From the NCBI RefSeq assembly GCF_044647545.1, contig NZ_CP172818.1: DNA of 64,000 nucleotides; one strand, given 5' to 3'. Source of the DNA: Escherichia coli (GTDB taxonomy: Bacteria > Pseudomonadota > Gammaproteobacteria > Enterobacterales > Enterobacteriaceae). Below are positions 36,611-45,848 of the stretch, piece after piece. The position numbers and the translations under genes were made by a program. Under the pieces are notes generated by a model that saw only the letters and a list, made by a program, of their open reading frames with translations, had not been told where the DNA came from and made no database searches. How positions within the stretch are numbered: the first letter of the stretch is position 1; each line of letters begins with the position of its first letter.

Positions 36611-37882
36611 ATGGAAGACGACTGCGACATTATTATTATTGGTGCCGGTATTGCAGGCACCGCTTGCGCGTTACGCTGCGCGCGAGCGGGTTTATCCGTT
36701 TTGTTACTGGAACGCGCTGAAATCCCCGGCAGCAAAAATCTTTCCGGCGGGCGTTTATATACCCAGGCGCTCGCGGAACTCCTCCCACAATTTCATCTGA
36801 CCGCGCCTCTTGAACGACGCATCACTCACGAAAGCCTTTCCCTGTTAACGCCGGATGGCGCAACGACGTTTTCCAGCTTACAGCCCGGCGGTGAATCCTG
36901 GAGTGTATTACGTGCACGGTTCGATCCGTGGCTGGTTGCCGAAGCCGAAAAAGAAGGTGTCGAATGCATCCCCGGTGCGACGGTGGATGCGTTGTATGAA
37001 GAAAACGGCAGGGTGTGTGGTGTCATTTGTGGTGACGATATTCTCCGCGCCTGTTATGTGGTGCTGGCAGAAGGTGCCAACAGCGTCCTGGCTGAACGTC
37101 ACGGGTTAGTGACTCGTCCTGCTGGCGAAGCGATGGCGTTGGGGATCAAAGAAGTGCTGTCGCTGGAAACATCCGCTATTGAAGAACGTTTTCATCTGGA
37201 GAATAACGAAGGCGCAGCGTTGCTGTTCAGCGGCGGGATCTGTGATGACTTACCCGGCGGCGCATTTCTTTATACTAATCAACAAACGCTCTCGTTAGGG
37301 ATTGTTTGCCCGCTCTCTTCCCTTACGCAAAGTCGTGTTCCGGCAAGCGAGCTGCTGGCTCGCTTTAAAACGCATCCGGCAGTGCGCCCGCTTATCAAAA
37401 ACACGGAATCACTGGAGTATGGTGCGCATCTGGTGCCAGAAGGTGGCTTGCACAGTATGCCGGTGCAATACGCCGGTAACGGCTGGCTGCTGCTGGGCGA
37501 TGCGTTGCGCAGTTGCGTCAATACCGGAATTTCCGTGCGCGGCATGGATATGGCGCTAACTGGCGCGCAGGCGGCGGCACAAACGCTGATAAGCGCCTGC
37601 CAGCACCGCGAGCCGCAAAATCTGTTTGCGCTTTATCATCACAACGTAGAGCGCAGCCTGCTGTGGGATGTTCTACAACGTTATCAGCATGTTCCGGCGC
37701 TTTTGCAACGCCCTGGCTGGTATCGGGCGTGGCCTGCGTTAATGCAGGATATTTCCCGCGATTTATGGGATCAGGGTGATAAACCTGTTCCACCGCTGCG
37801 CCAGTTATTCTGGCGTCATTTACGTCGTCACGGCCTGTGGCATCTGGCGGGCGATGTTATCAGGAGTCTGCGATGTCTGTAG
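36611..37882 (+). CDS. ygcN: FAD-dependent oxidoreductase, FixC/ETF-quinone oxidoreductase-like
   Basis: Start taken at MEDDCDIIIIGAGIAG (dinucleotide-binding motif); 423 aa. Confidence 0.85.
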   Translation: MEDDCDIIIIGAGIAGTACALRCARAGLSVLLLERAEIPGSKNLSGGRLYTQALAELLPQFHLTAPLERRITHESLSLLTPDGATTFSSLQPGGESWSVLRARFDPWLVAEAEKEGVECIPGATVDALYEENGRVCGVICGDDILRACYVVLAEGANSVLAERHGLVTRPAGEAMALGIKEVLSLETSAIEERFHLENNEGAALLFSGGICDDLPGGAFLYTNQQTLSLGIVCPLSSLTQSRVPASELLARFKTHPAVRPLIKNTESLEYGAHLVPEGGLHSMPVQYAGNGWLLLGDALRSCVNTGISVRGMDMALTGAQAAAQTLISACQHREPQNLFALYHHNVERSLLWDVLQRYQHVPALLQRPGWYRAWPALMQDISRDLWDQGDKPVPPLRQLFWRHLRRHGLWHLAGDVIRSLRCL

Positions 37883-38133
37883 CCCGTAATCTCTGGCGCG
37901 TTGCCGATGCGCCGCACATTGTTCCGGCTGACTCCGTTGAGCGTCAGACGGTACAATGGTTGATTAACGCTTGTCCGGCTGGTCTTTTTTCGCTCACACC
38001 AGAAGGTGACTTACGTATTGACTATCGCAGTTGCCTGGAGTGTGGCACCTGCCGTTTGCTGTGCGACGAAAAAACACTACAACAGTGGCGCTATCCACCT
38101 TCCGGATTCGGCATCACCTACCGTTTTGGATAA
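37873..38133 (+). CDS. ygcO: Ferredoxin-like protein, FixX-like
   Basis: Start taken at MSVARNLWRV (86 aa); overlaps the ygcN 3' end. Confidence 0.8.
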   Translation: MSVARNLWRVADAPHIVPADSVERQTVQWLINACPAGLFSLTPEGDLRIDYRSCLECGTCRLLCDEKTLQQWRYPPSGFGITYRFG

Positions 38134-38149
38134 ATAATAAGGATAATTT

Positions 38150-38725
38150 ATGCCCCTCTTACACCTGCTCCGCCAGAATCCGGTGATTGCTGCCGTTAAA
38201 GATAATGCCAGCCTGCAACTGGCAATCGACTCTGAATGCCAGTTTATTTCCGTGTTGTACGGCAATATCTGCACCATCAGTCATATCGTCAAAAAGATTA
38301 AAAGTGCCGGGAAATATGCCTTTATTCATGTCGATTTGCTGGAAGGCGCATCGAACAAAGAAGTGGTGATTCAGTTTCTGAAACTGGTGACCGAGGCGGA
38401 CGGCATTATCAGCACGAAAGCATCGATGCTGAAAGCAGCAAGAGCGGAAGGTTTTTTCTGTATTCATCGCCTGTTTATTGTTGATTCGATTTCGTTTCAC
38501 AACATTGATAAGCAAGTTGCGCAATCGAATCCGGATTGTATTGAGATCCTGCCTGGCTGTATGCCCAAAGTGCTGGGCTGGGTGACGGAGAAAATCCGCC
38601 AACCGCTGATTGCTGGCGGGCTGGTGTGCGATGAAGAAGATGCGCGTAATGCGATTAACGCAGGTGTCGTGGCGCTTTCCACCACGAATACCGGGGTCTG
38701 GACGCTAGCGAAAAAATTGCTTTGA
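38150..38725 (+). CDS. ygcP: GlpP-family (glycerol-3-phosphate responsive) antiterminator homologue
   Basis: 191-aa ORF starting MPLLHLLRQNPVIAAVKDN. Confidence 0.8.
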   Translation: MPLLHLLRQNPVIAAVKDNASLQLAIDSECQFISVLYGNICTISHIVKKIKSAGKYAFIHVDLLEGASNKEVVIQFLKLVTEADGIISTKASMLKAARAEGFFCIHRLFIVDSISFHNIDKQVAQSNPDCIEILPGCMPKVLGWVTEKIRQPLIAGGLVCDEEDARNAINAGVVALSTTNTGVWTLAKKLL

Positions 38726-38760
38726 CGGGATAATCGTAACGAATTGAATTTGTGTGATTT

Positions 38761-38830
38761 GTAGGCTGTACGCCACATCGGACATTCAGCGCCTGATGCG
38801 ACGCTTGACGCGTCTTATCAGGCCTACAAG
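38761..38830. repeat. Pair of REP elements in inverted orientation (BIME-like) between the convergent genes ygcP and ygcQ
   Basis: gtaggctgtacgccacatcggacattcagcgcctgatgcgacgcttgacgcgtcttatcaggcctacaag. Confidence 0.7.
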
Positions 38831-38871
38831 TCCCCAGGCCAGAACCGTAGGCAGGATCATCCAGCAACACG

Positions 38872-39732
38872 TTATTGGCAATCTGCGTGAATGTTTGTCA
38901 CCATTGCCTCCAGCACCACTTTCCAGTCATCAACCACGCCAACATCTGCCTGTGAAAATACCGCTGCGCTGGCGTCATGATTAATCGCCACCACAAACTT
39001 GCTATTGCATACGCCCGCCATTAACGCTGCTGCGCCAGAAGCGCCAACAACAATACACACCTCAGGTGCCAGCAGATGTCCGGAAATACCAATCACTTTT
39101 TCAGCATCAACGCCACCGTTCATCACTCGCGCCCGACTGTAGCCCACTTCGGCTCCCAGCTTTTCTGCCAGCATAGCGATTTCCTGGTTATCTGCCTCTC
39201 CGCCCTGCCCCACCACCAGCACCCGTCTGGCTTCAGCTAATGGGTCGCGGGTAACATTTTTCAGGTTTTCTAGGCTAACCAGCCAGTCGGGAAGCGCGCC
39301 GGGGACAATGTTCAGTTGCTGCATCCCAGAGGGCAACGTGGCGTTTTTATCTGCTCCCGCCTGACGCGCCAGCGAAAGGCATAGCGGGCGTTTGTCTGTT
39401 TGCAGCGTCGCCGTCAACGCATTTCCCCAGTGGGATTTGCGCACGCTTACGGTTGGAATATCTAACGAAGTCACCTGGCAGATGCTTGCACCATGTAAAC
39501 GCCAGGCCAGCCGGGTCGACAGTTCATCGCCAAACGTTCCCGGCGGAAAGAGAACAACGTCCGCAGGCGTTCGCTGCCACTGTTCCACCAACGCATCCAG
39601 CACCTGTTCCGCCACTACGGGCTGAGGTTCAATCTGCCAGTGCGCCAGGGTACAACCGCTGAAATCCTGCGCCGCCAGCCAGCTCGCTATTGCGGCATTC
39701 TCCTGATTTATTGTCACAATTGCGATATTCAT
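38872..39732 (-). CDS. ygcQ: Electron transfer flavoprotein alpha-subunit-like protein
   Basis: Start taken at MNIAIVTINQ (286 aa). Confidence 0.85.
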   Translation of the reverse strand: MNIAIVTINQENAAIASWLAAQDFSGCTLAHWQIEPQPVVAEQVLDALVEQWQRTPADVVLFPPGTFGDELSTRLAWRLHGASICQVTSLDIPTVSVRKSHWGNALTATLQTDKRPLCLSLARQAGADKNATLPSGMQQLNIVPGALPDWLVSLENLKNVTRDPLAEARRVLVVGQGGEADNQEIAMLAEKLGAEVGYSRARVMNGGVDAEKVIGISGHLLAPEVCIVVGASGAAALMAGVCNSKFVVAINHDASAAVFSQADVGVVDDWKVVLEAMVTNIHADCQ

Positions 39733-40508
39733 GGCTGCATCCTTTGGCGTAAATAGTTCTGCCATAGCTTTTGCGCTTTTTCTGCTACCGTTTGCCCATC
39801 AATCAGCGTCGCTCCGCGTCGTTGCTCTGCTCTTGCCAGATGCAGACACTGCATCGCTGGCAATTCGACAGCAACAGTTTTACGGATAATTGCTGCTTTC
39901 CCCGCAGCCATTCGCTGGCGCATTCCCGGTACTGGCAAGGCCACTTCACCACACTGGCGCACGGCAATCACCGCAGGCAAGCGAACCCGGCAACAGCGCA
40001 GCCCGTTTTCAGTACGCTGTTCAAGGGTGATAAACGGCGCGTCGAGAGTAAAACGCTCCACCTGGGTGAAGCAGGGCCAGCCCAGCATTTCCGCCAGCAA
40101 AAATGGCGTTTGCCCATTCTGCCCTTCGCTGCTTTGGCAGCCGGTAATGATCAGATCCAGCGGATTCTGACGCTGCCATTCGGCAATATGGCGAGCGACA
40201 AATTCCGGCGCAAAGCGCAGATCTGCCACCGTCTCCAGCAATACAGCGTCCTCAAACCCAAGAGCCATGAGATAGCGCAGCCAGTGCAACGCCCGTTCAT
40301 CCCCCATGCTCAACGCGGTTAAAGACATCGGCGTACCGTTTTTTCTCTGCGCCAACAGCAGCGCGGCGGCAGCCTGTTCATCAGCACCGAGTAAACTTCG
40401 CAGTAGCGAAACATCTGGTCCAATATTACCCTGAGCCGCCGCCTGCCACTCTTTTTCCGCCAGCATTCCGGCATCCGGTTCGGCTTTAAACGCTAACAGA
40501 ATGTTCAT
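39729..40508 (-). CDS. ygcR: Electron transfer flavoprotein beta-subunit-like protein
   Basis: Start taken at MNILLAFKAEPD (259 aa); overlaps the ygcQ start. Confidence 0.85.
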   Translation of the reverse strand: MNILLAFKAEPDAGMLAEKEWQAAAQGNIGPDVSLLRSLLGADEQAAAALLLAQRKNGTPMSLTALSMGDERALHWLRYLMALGFEDAVLLETVADLRFAPEFVARHIAEWQRQNPLDLIITGCQSSEGQNGQTPFLLAEMLGWPCFTQVERFTLDAPFITLEQRTENGLRCCRVRLPAVIAVRQCGEVALPVPGMRQRMAAGKAAIIRKTVAVELPAMQCLHLARAEQRRGATLIDGQTVAEKAQKLWQNYLRQRMQP

Positions 40509-41823
40509 TCGCACCTCCTACATTTCCCGCCGCCACCAGCGGGAGTGCTTTGGTTTCTGGTGCCCATAGCCAGGTCACAACAAAACCAACCAACAACACT
40601 GCCGCCAGGAGCAATAAGGTGGCTTGCATTCCCCACTGCGCCAGCACCCACGGCAGCAGGCCAGTACTTACCGCCGCCCCCAACCGACTCATGGCGGTGG
40701 CAAAACCGACGCCCAGCGAGCGAATGTCAGTAGGAAAACTTTCCGCAGGCAAAATGCCCACCAGATTACTGACTGCCGAAATGGTGGTGCTGAAGAGAAC
40801 AAAAAGCAGCAGCGTTAATGAACTGCCGGAAGGCAAACAGGCCATCACTACCAGCGTTGCCGCCAGCAGCAAAAAACTTCCCAGCAAAAACTTGCGATGT
40901 GCCAGCAGGTGCGTCAGAACTAATCCCAGCAGCGCGCCCACAATTAACAACGCATTAAGCATCAGGCTGGCGGTCAGCGCATCCTCCAGACCAATAGTCT
41001 GGGCGATGGTCGGCAGCCAGGTATAAATCACAAACCATGGGATTACGAGGCAGACAAAGAAGACGCTGTTAAACGCCGTGCGTCGCCAGTAGCGCGAAGA
41101 AAACAAGGTTTTGATGTGTTTATGGGTCGCCGCTGCCACTTCATCGCCCAGTAAAACATGTGGCCCCAAATAGCGATGCACAATAGCGTGAGCTTCAGCA
41201 AAACGTCCCTGGCGCAGTAGCCAGCGTGGCGATTCCGGCGTGCCCCAACGTAGCAGCGTAATCAGCAAGGCTGGTAACGCCGCTGATGCCAGCAGCCAGC
41301 GCCAGGCCTCCGGGTTTTCGGAAATAAAGTGATGTCCGGCAATACTTGCCAACACATAGCCTACGGTCCACACCACGCTGAATGCGCCCAGTAAAATACC
41401 GCGATGGCGGCGCGGGGAAAATTCAGCCAGCAAGGTGTGACCGACTGAGTAATCGCCTCCCAGACCAATGCCGATCAAAATGCGCAGCCCAATAAGATGC
41501 TCTGGCGTGGTGGCAAAAAATTGCAAGAACGAAGCGAGCGTAATCAGCAAAAAGCTGAAGGTGAAGATTTTTTGCCGACCAATATGGTCGGAGATCCATC
41601 CAAGAACCAGGCTGCCAAGAAACAAACCAAGGAGTGCTGAGCCGCCAATCATTCCCGCCATAAACGGCGTCAGTTGCATGGCTGGAGTAAGCTGAATAAT
41701 GGCGTAACCAATGACGCCGAGGACATAACCGTCGGTCAGGTGCGCACCGAAAGTGAGCGCAGCAATGCGGCAGTGAAAACGGTTAAGTGGTAAATCATCC
41801 ATTCGCACCGGTGAAGTGTTCAT
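40486..41823 (-). CDS. ygcS: MFS sugar-transporter-family protein
   Basis: Start taken at MNTSPVRMDD (445 aa); the ORF track's 475-aa version is a 5' extension. Confidence 0.85.
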   Translation of the reverse strand: MNTSPVRMDDLPLNRFHCRIAALTFGAHLTDGYVLGVIGYAIIQLTPAMQLTPFMAGMIGGSALLGLFLGSLVLGWISDHIGRQKIFTFSFLLITLASFLQFFATTPEHLIGLRILIGIGLGGDYSVGHTLLAEFSPRRHRGILLGAFSVVWTVGYVLASIAGHHFISENPEAWRWLLASAALPALLITLLRWGTPESPRWLLRQGRFAEAHAIVHRYLGPHVLLGDEVAAATHKHIKTLFSSRYWRRTAFNSVFFVCLVIPWFVIYTWLPTIAQTIGLEDALTASLMLNALLIVGALLGLVLTHLLAHRKFLLGSFLLLAATLVVMACLPSGSSLTLLLFVLFSTTISAVSNLVGILPAESFPTDIRSLGVGFATAMSRLGAAVSTGLLPWVLAQWGMQATLLLLAAVLLVGFVVTWLWAPETKALPLVAAGNVGGANEHSVSV

Positions 41824-41916
41824 CTTTACCCCTTCATTGTCCGGTAATAAGAACGGCTTCTCGCCTGAGAAGCCGAAAAGGCAACGCCCCGTCATCGCGG
41901 AACGCTGCCTCACACA

Positions 41917-43371
41917 TTATTTTTCAATCGGATAGATAGTACCCGTATTCATAATGCCGTTAGGATCGAACTGTTTTTTCAGCCCTTCCAGCAACGTCCA
42001 CGCGCTGCCGTGTTCCAGTTTGCTCCAGTGAACGCGATGTTTACCAATACCGTGGTGGTGCACCATCGAACCGCCGAGACGAATGGTTTCTTCGCAGATG
42101 ATTTTGTTGAGCGGATTGTGGTACTTGTCGATTTCCTCTTCCGGCTTACAGTCAACGACGTTGTAGTCGTAGACGAAGTACATGTTGGTACCGTTCTGAT
42201 AGCTATGAGAGGAGTGACCGCCCAGCATGGTGATGTCGTCGGCGTGCGGGAACTCGGTACGAATACGGTTAATAACGCTTTCGTAGATTTCGTGGATGCA
42301 GCTCCAGCAGCCGGACACTTCGGTGGTAAAGCCCATGTTGCCGGTTTTGAGGATCTGCACACGTTCAGCGGCCACTTTATCCGGCCCCCAGTTCAGGTGA
42401 TTAAACCAGGTTTCGATCAGCTTGCTGTCCACGCGCTGGCATTGCGGGTAACGTGCCACGATTTCAGCAATCCCTTCGCCCGTCGCCTTCGCAATGCGAG
42501 GGTTACCTTCAGCCATAAAGATCAGCACGCATTTACCATCGGCAAAATGGGTGAAGTGTTGGGTGCCATCTTCAACGTCATATAAACGAGCGATCGACGG
42601 ACGATACCCTTCCACCATGATTTCACGCAGGATGTTGAAGCCGGTTTTCATATCTTCCAGGATATAGCCGTAGAAGAGGTTGTTTTCCGGGGTGAATTTA
42701 AAGATTTTCACTGTTACTTCAGTGATATAGCACAGTGCACCTTCGTTGCCGATGATGATGTGACGAATGTCCGGGCCAGCCGCGCGGCGTGGCACGTTTT
42801 TAATACGTGTGACGGTACCATCTGCCAGTACCGCTTCCAGACCAACGACCATATCTTCGATTGCGCCGTAGAGTGTGGAGAACTGCCCGATACTGCGGGT
42901 TGCTACCAGGCCGCCCATCTGCGCCAGCGGTTTTGATTGCGGTGAATGCCCCGTGGTGTAACCTTTTTCACGCAACGCGTTTTCCAGCACCTCCAGCGGA
43001 ACGCCACATTGCGCCGTGGCCTGCATATTCTCAATATCAATATTAATGATTTGATTCATGGCAGAGCCGTCGAGCACCACCGAGTTTTCCACAACGGTTT
43101 CCAGCCCGCCTTCAGTGGCGGAAGCACCGGTACGCGGCACACCGTTAATTTTGTGCGCATTCATAAAATTCAGCACACGGGACACTTGTTCTGTGGAACC
43201 GAGTTTTACGACCGCTGCCGGAATCGGCAAAGTATAAATGCCATGAATATCCGGAAATTTGCGAAAACGGTCAATACTGTTTTTCTTTAATACTGTTTCA
43301 TCGGTAATTACGCGATCTGCACCAACAATTTCCTTTAGCTGGTCGACAATCGCTGCGCGAGATAAAGACAT
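41917..43371 (-). CDS. ygcU: FAD-linked oxidase (alkyl-DHAP synthase / D-lactate dehydrogenase-like)
   Basis: 484-aa ORF. Confidence 0.85.
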   Translation of the reverse strand: MSLSRAAIVDQLKEIVGADRVITDETVLKKNSIDRFRKFPDIHGIYTLPIPAAVVKLGSTEQVSRVLNFMNAHKINGVPRTGASATEGGLETVVENSVVLDGSAMNQIINIDIENMQATAQCGVPLEVLENALREKGYTTGHSPQSKPLAQMGGLVATRSIGQFSTLYGAIEDMVVGLEAVLADGTVTRIKNVPRRAAGPDIRHIIIGNEGALCYITEVTVKIFKFTPENNLFYGYILEDMKTGFNILREIMVEGYRPSIARLYDVEDGTQHFTHFADGKCVLIFMAEGNPRIAKATGEGIAEIVARYPQCQRVDSKLIETWFNHLNWGPDKVAAERVQILKTGNMGFTTEVSGCWSCIHEIYESVINRIRTEFPHADDITMLGGHSSHSYQNGTNMYFVYDYNVVDCKPEEEIDKYHNPLNKIICEETIRLGGSMVHHHGIGKHRVHWSKLEHGSAWTLLEGLKKQFDPNGIMNTGTIYPIEK

Positions 43372-43440
43372 AGTAATTCCTTCCTGATAATAAAAATGGA
43401 ATAATCATTAATAAGAGAAAACAGAAACCACCGTTATGGA

Positions 43441-44226
43441 TTAGCGCACTAAATAACCGCCATCGACCACTAATAAATGCCCGTTAACATAATTTGAAGC
43501 CGGACTTGCGAGGAAGACGGCTGCGCCCATTAAATCCTGTGTATCGCCCCAACGGTTTGCCGGAATATGATCAAGAACGCGCTGATTAGTTTCAGGATTA
43601 CTGCGTGTCGCCAGCGTAATATCTGTTGCATAATAACCTGGAGCAATACCATTTACCTGAATATTATATTGACCTAGTTCATCACAATAAGCTTTGGTGA
43701 ATCCAGCAAGAGCATGTTTAGTTGCAGAATATGCAGGTGACCATTGTCCACCTAAGTAAGAGAACAATGAACAGATATTAATAATTTTACCGCTTTTCTG
43801 CGGGATCATAATTTTTGCCGCTTCGTAGCTTAACTCGAATGCGGCGGTCAGGTTCACATCAATCATCGGGTCCCAGTCGGCACGACCGAAGTCCAGCACC
43901 TTATTCAGCTTACAAATACCGGCATTGTTAACCAGAATATCTACGGTACCGAAGCGCTCACAGCAGGCAGCGATAATCTTCTGCGGCGCGCCTTCTGCGG
44001 TGATATCCACCTGCATAAAATCAACTTCGACACCCTGTTTTTCAATCATTTCCTTTGTTTCGCCGTTATCTTTGACGAAGCTAGGGATAAAGACATTTGC
44101 GCCAGCTTTGGCCAACGCCATGGCAAATGCCTGGCCTAAACCGCTATTCCCGCCGGTAACAATTGCTGTTTTACCTTTCAGGGAGAAAAAATCCATTGAG
44201 AACGCATTGAGAGATTCGATTGACAT
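43441..44226 (-). CDS. ygcW: Short-chain dehydrogenase/reductase (SDR)
   Basis: Start taken at MSIESLNAF (261 aa); TGGNSGLG cofactor motif. Confidence 0.85.
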   Translation of the reverse strand: MSIESLNAFSMDFFSLKGKTAIVTGGNSGLGQAFAMALAKAGANVFIPSFVKDNGETKEMIEKQGVEVDFMQVDITAEGAPQKIIAACCERFGTVDILVNNAGICKLNKVLDFGRADWDPMIDVNLTAAFELSYEAAKIMIPQKSGKIINICSLFSYLGGQWSPAYSATKHALAGFTKAYCDELGQYNIQVNGIAPGYYATDITLATRSNPETNQRVLDHIPANRWGDTQDLMGAAVFLASPASNYVNGHLLVVDGGYLVR

Positions 44227-44250
44227 AGTTAGCTCCAATTTCCGTAAGGC

Positions 44251-44297
44251 AAAAAAAAAGAAAGGTAACTTCCCCCGCGAGAGGGAAGTTACCTTTC
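44251..44297 (-). terminator. Intrinsic-terminator-like hairpin (14-bp stem gaaaggtaacttcc, 9-nt loop) followed on the minus strand by U9, lying in the ygcW 5' leader about 25 nt upstream of the start codon; candidate attenuator
   Basis: Near-perfect inverted repeat 44260–44297 with the a9 run 44251–44259 on the plus strand (U9 on the minus strand). Confidence 0.6.
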
Positions 44298-44544
44298 TCA
44301 TTATCTCTGGTAACTGGAGATAATTTTTAGCATAAGGGCATAAGCGCTAATGTGATCGTAATCACAGTGTGATATTCGTATTATCAAATAATTTTAAAAA
44401 GCAGAAGCGTGACTACTCTCACACAACACCACTGCTTTCCATGTTATTTCTTATTGCAATTACTAGAGACCTGAGAAAAGTAATCCACCTGAAAGGGCGG
44501 CTTACTTTTCTCTTTTTTTTGTCTATTACAAATGGGAATACGAT

Positions 44545-45822
44545 ATGCAACACAACTCATATCGCCGTTGGATAACCCTCGCGATAATTAGTTTTAGCGG
44601 CGGCGTTAGTTTCGACCTGGCTTATTTACGTTATATTTATCAAATTCCCATGGCGAAATTTATGGGATTCAGCAATACCGAGATAGGTTTAATAATGAGT
44701 ACCTTTGGTATTGCAGCTATTATTCTTTATGCGCCCAGTGGCGTTATTGCCGATAAATTCTCACATCGCAAAATGATTACTTCCGCGATGATCATTACCG
44801 GATTACTGGGTCTGTTAATGGCAACTTATCCACCGCTGTGGGTAATGCTCTGTATTCAGGTCGCCTTTGCGATAACGACGATTTTAATGCTGTGGTCGGT
44901 GTCGATTAAAGCCGCATCGTTGCTGGGCGATCATAGCGAGCAAGGGAAAATTATGGGCTGGATGGAAGGGCTGCGCGGCGTCGGTGTAATGTCGCTGGCG
45001 GTGTTTACCATGTGGGTCTTTTCTCGCTTTGCACCGGATGACAGCGCCAGCCTGAAAACGGTCATTATCATCTATAGTGTGGTTTACATCTTGTTGGGGA
45101 TTCTGTGCTGGTTTTTTGTTAGCGATAACAACAACCTGCGCAGTGCCAATAACGAAGAAAAACAATCATTCCAGCTTAGCGACATCCTGGCTGTTTTGCG
45201 CATCAGCACCACCTGGTATTGCAGCATGGTGATTTTTGGCGTCTTCACCATCTACGCCATTCTGAGTTACTCCACCAACTATCTCACCGAAATGTACGGC
45301 ATGTCGCTGGTGGCGGCGAGCTACATGGGGATTGTGATCAACAAAATATTCCGCGCGCTGTGTGGTCCACTTGGCGGCATTATCACCACCTACAGTAAAG
45401 TGAAATCCCCTACCCGCGTAATTCAAATCCTTTCCATCATCGGCCTGCTGGCACTGACTGCCCTGCTTGTTACCAACTCTAACCCGCAATCGGTCGCTAT
45501 GGGGATTGGCCTGATTTTACTACTGGGATTCACCTGCTACGCCTCACGTGGACTGTACTGGGCCTGCCCCGGCGAAGCGAGAACACCGTCTTACATTATG
45601 GGCACCACGGTAGGTATTTGTTCGGTGATTGGATTCCTGCCGGATGTCTTCGTTTACCCGATTATCGGCCACTGGCAAGACACCCTGCCCGCTGCAGAAG
45701 CCTACCGCAACATGTGGCTAATGGGCATGGCCGCGCTTGCCATGGTGATCATCTTTACCTTTTTGCTGTTCCAAAAAATTCGTACTGCTGATAGCGCCCC
45801 CGCAATGGCTAGCAGCAAGTAA
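44545..45822 (+). CDS. yqcE: MFS transporter
   Basis: 425-aa hydrophobic ORF. Confidence 0.85.
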   Translation: MQHNSYRRWITLAIISFSGGVSFDLAYLRYIYQIPMAKFMGFSNTEIGLIMSTFGIAAIILYAPSGVIADKFSHRKMITSAMIITGLLGLLMATYPPLWVMLCIQVAFAITTILMLWSVSIKAASLLGDHSEQGKIMGWMEGLRGVGVMSLAVFTMWVFSRFAPDDSASLKTVIIIYSVVYILLGILCWFFVSDNNNLRSANNEEKQSFQLSDILAVLRISTTWYCSMVIFGVFTIYAILSYSTNYLTEMYGMSLVAASYMGIVINKIFRALCGPLGGIITTYSKVKSPTRVIQILSIIGLLALTALLVTNSNPQSVAMGIGLILLLGFTCYASRGLYWACPGEARTPSYIMGTTVGICSVIGFLPDVFVYPIIGHWQDTLPAAEAYRNMWLMGMAALAMVIIFTFLLFQKIRTADSAPAMASSK

Positions 45823-45848
45823 GCCAGGAAAATTACAGGAGAAAAATC

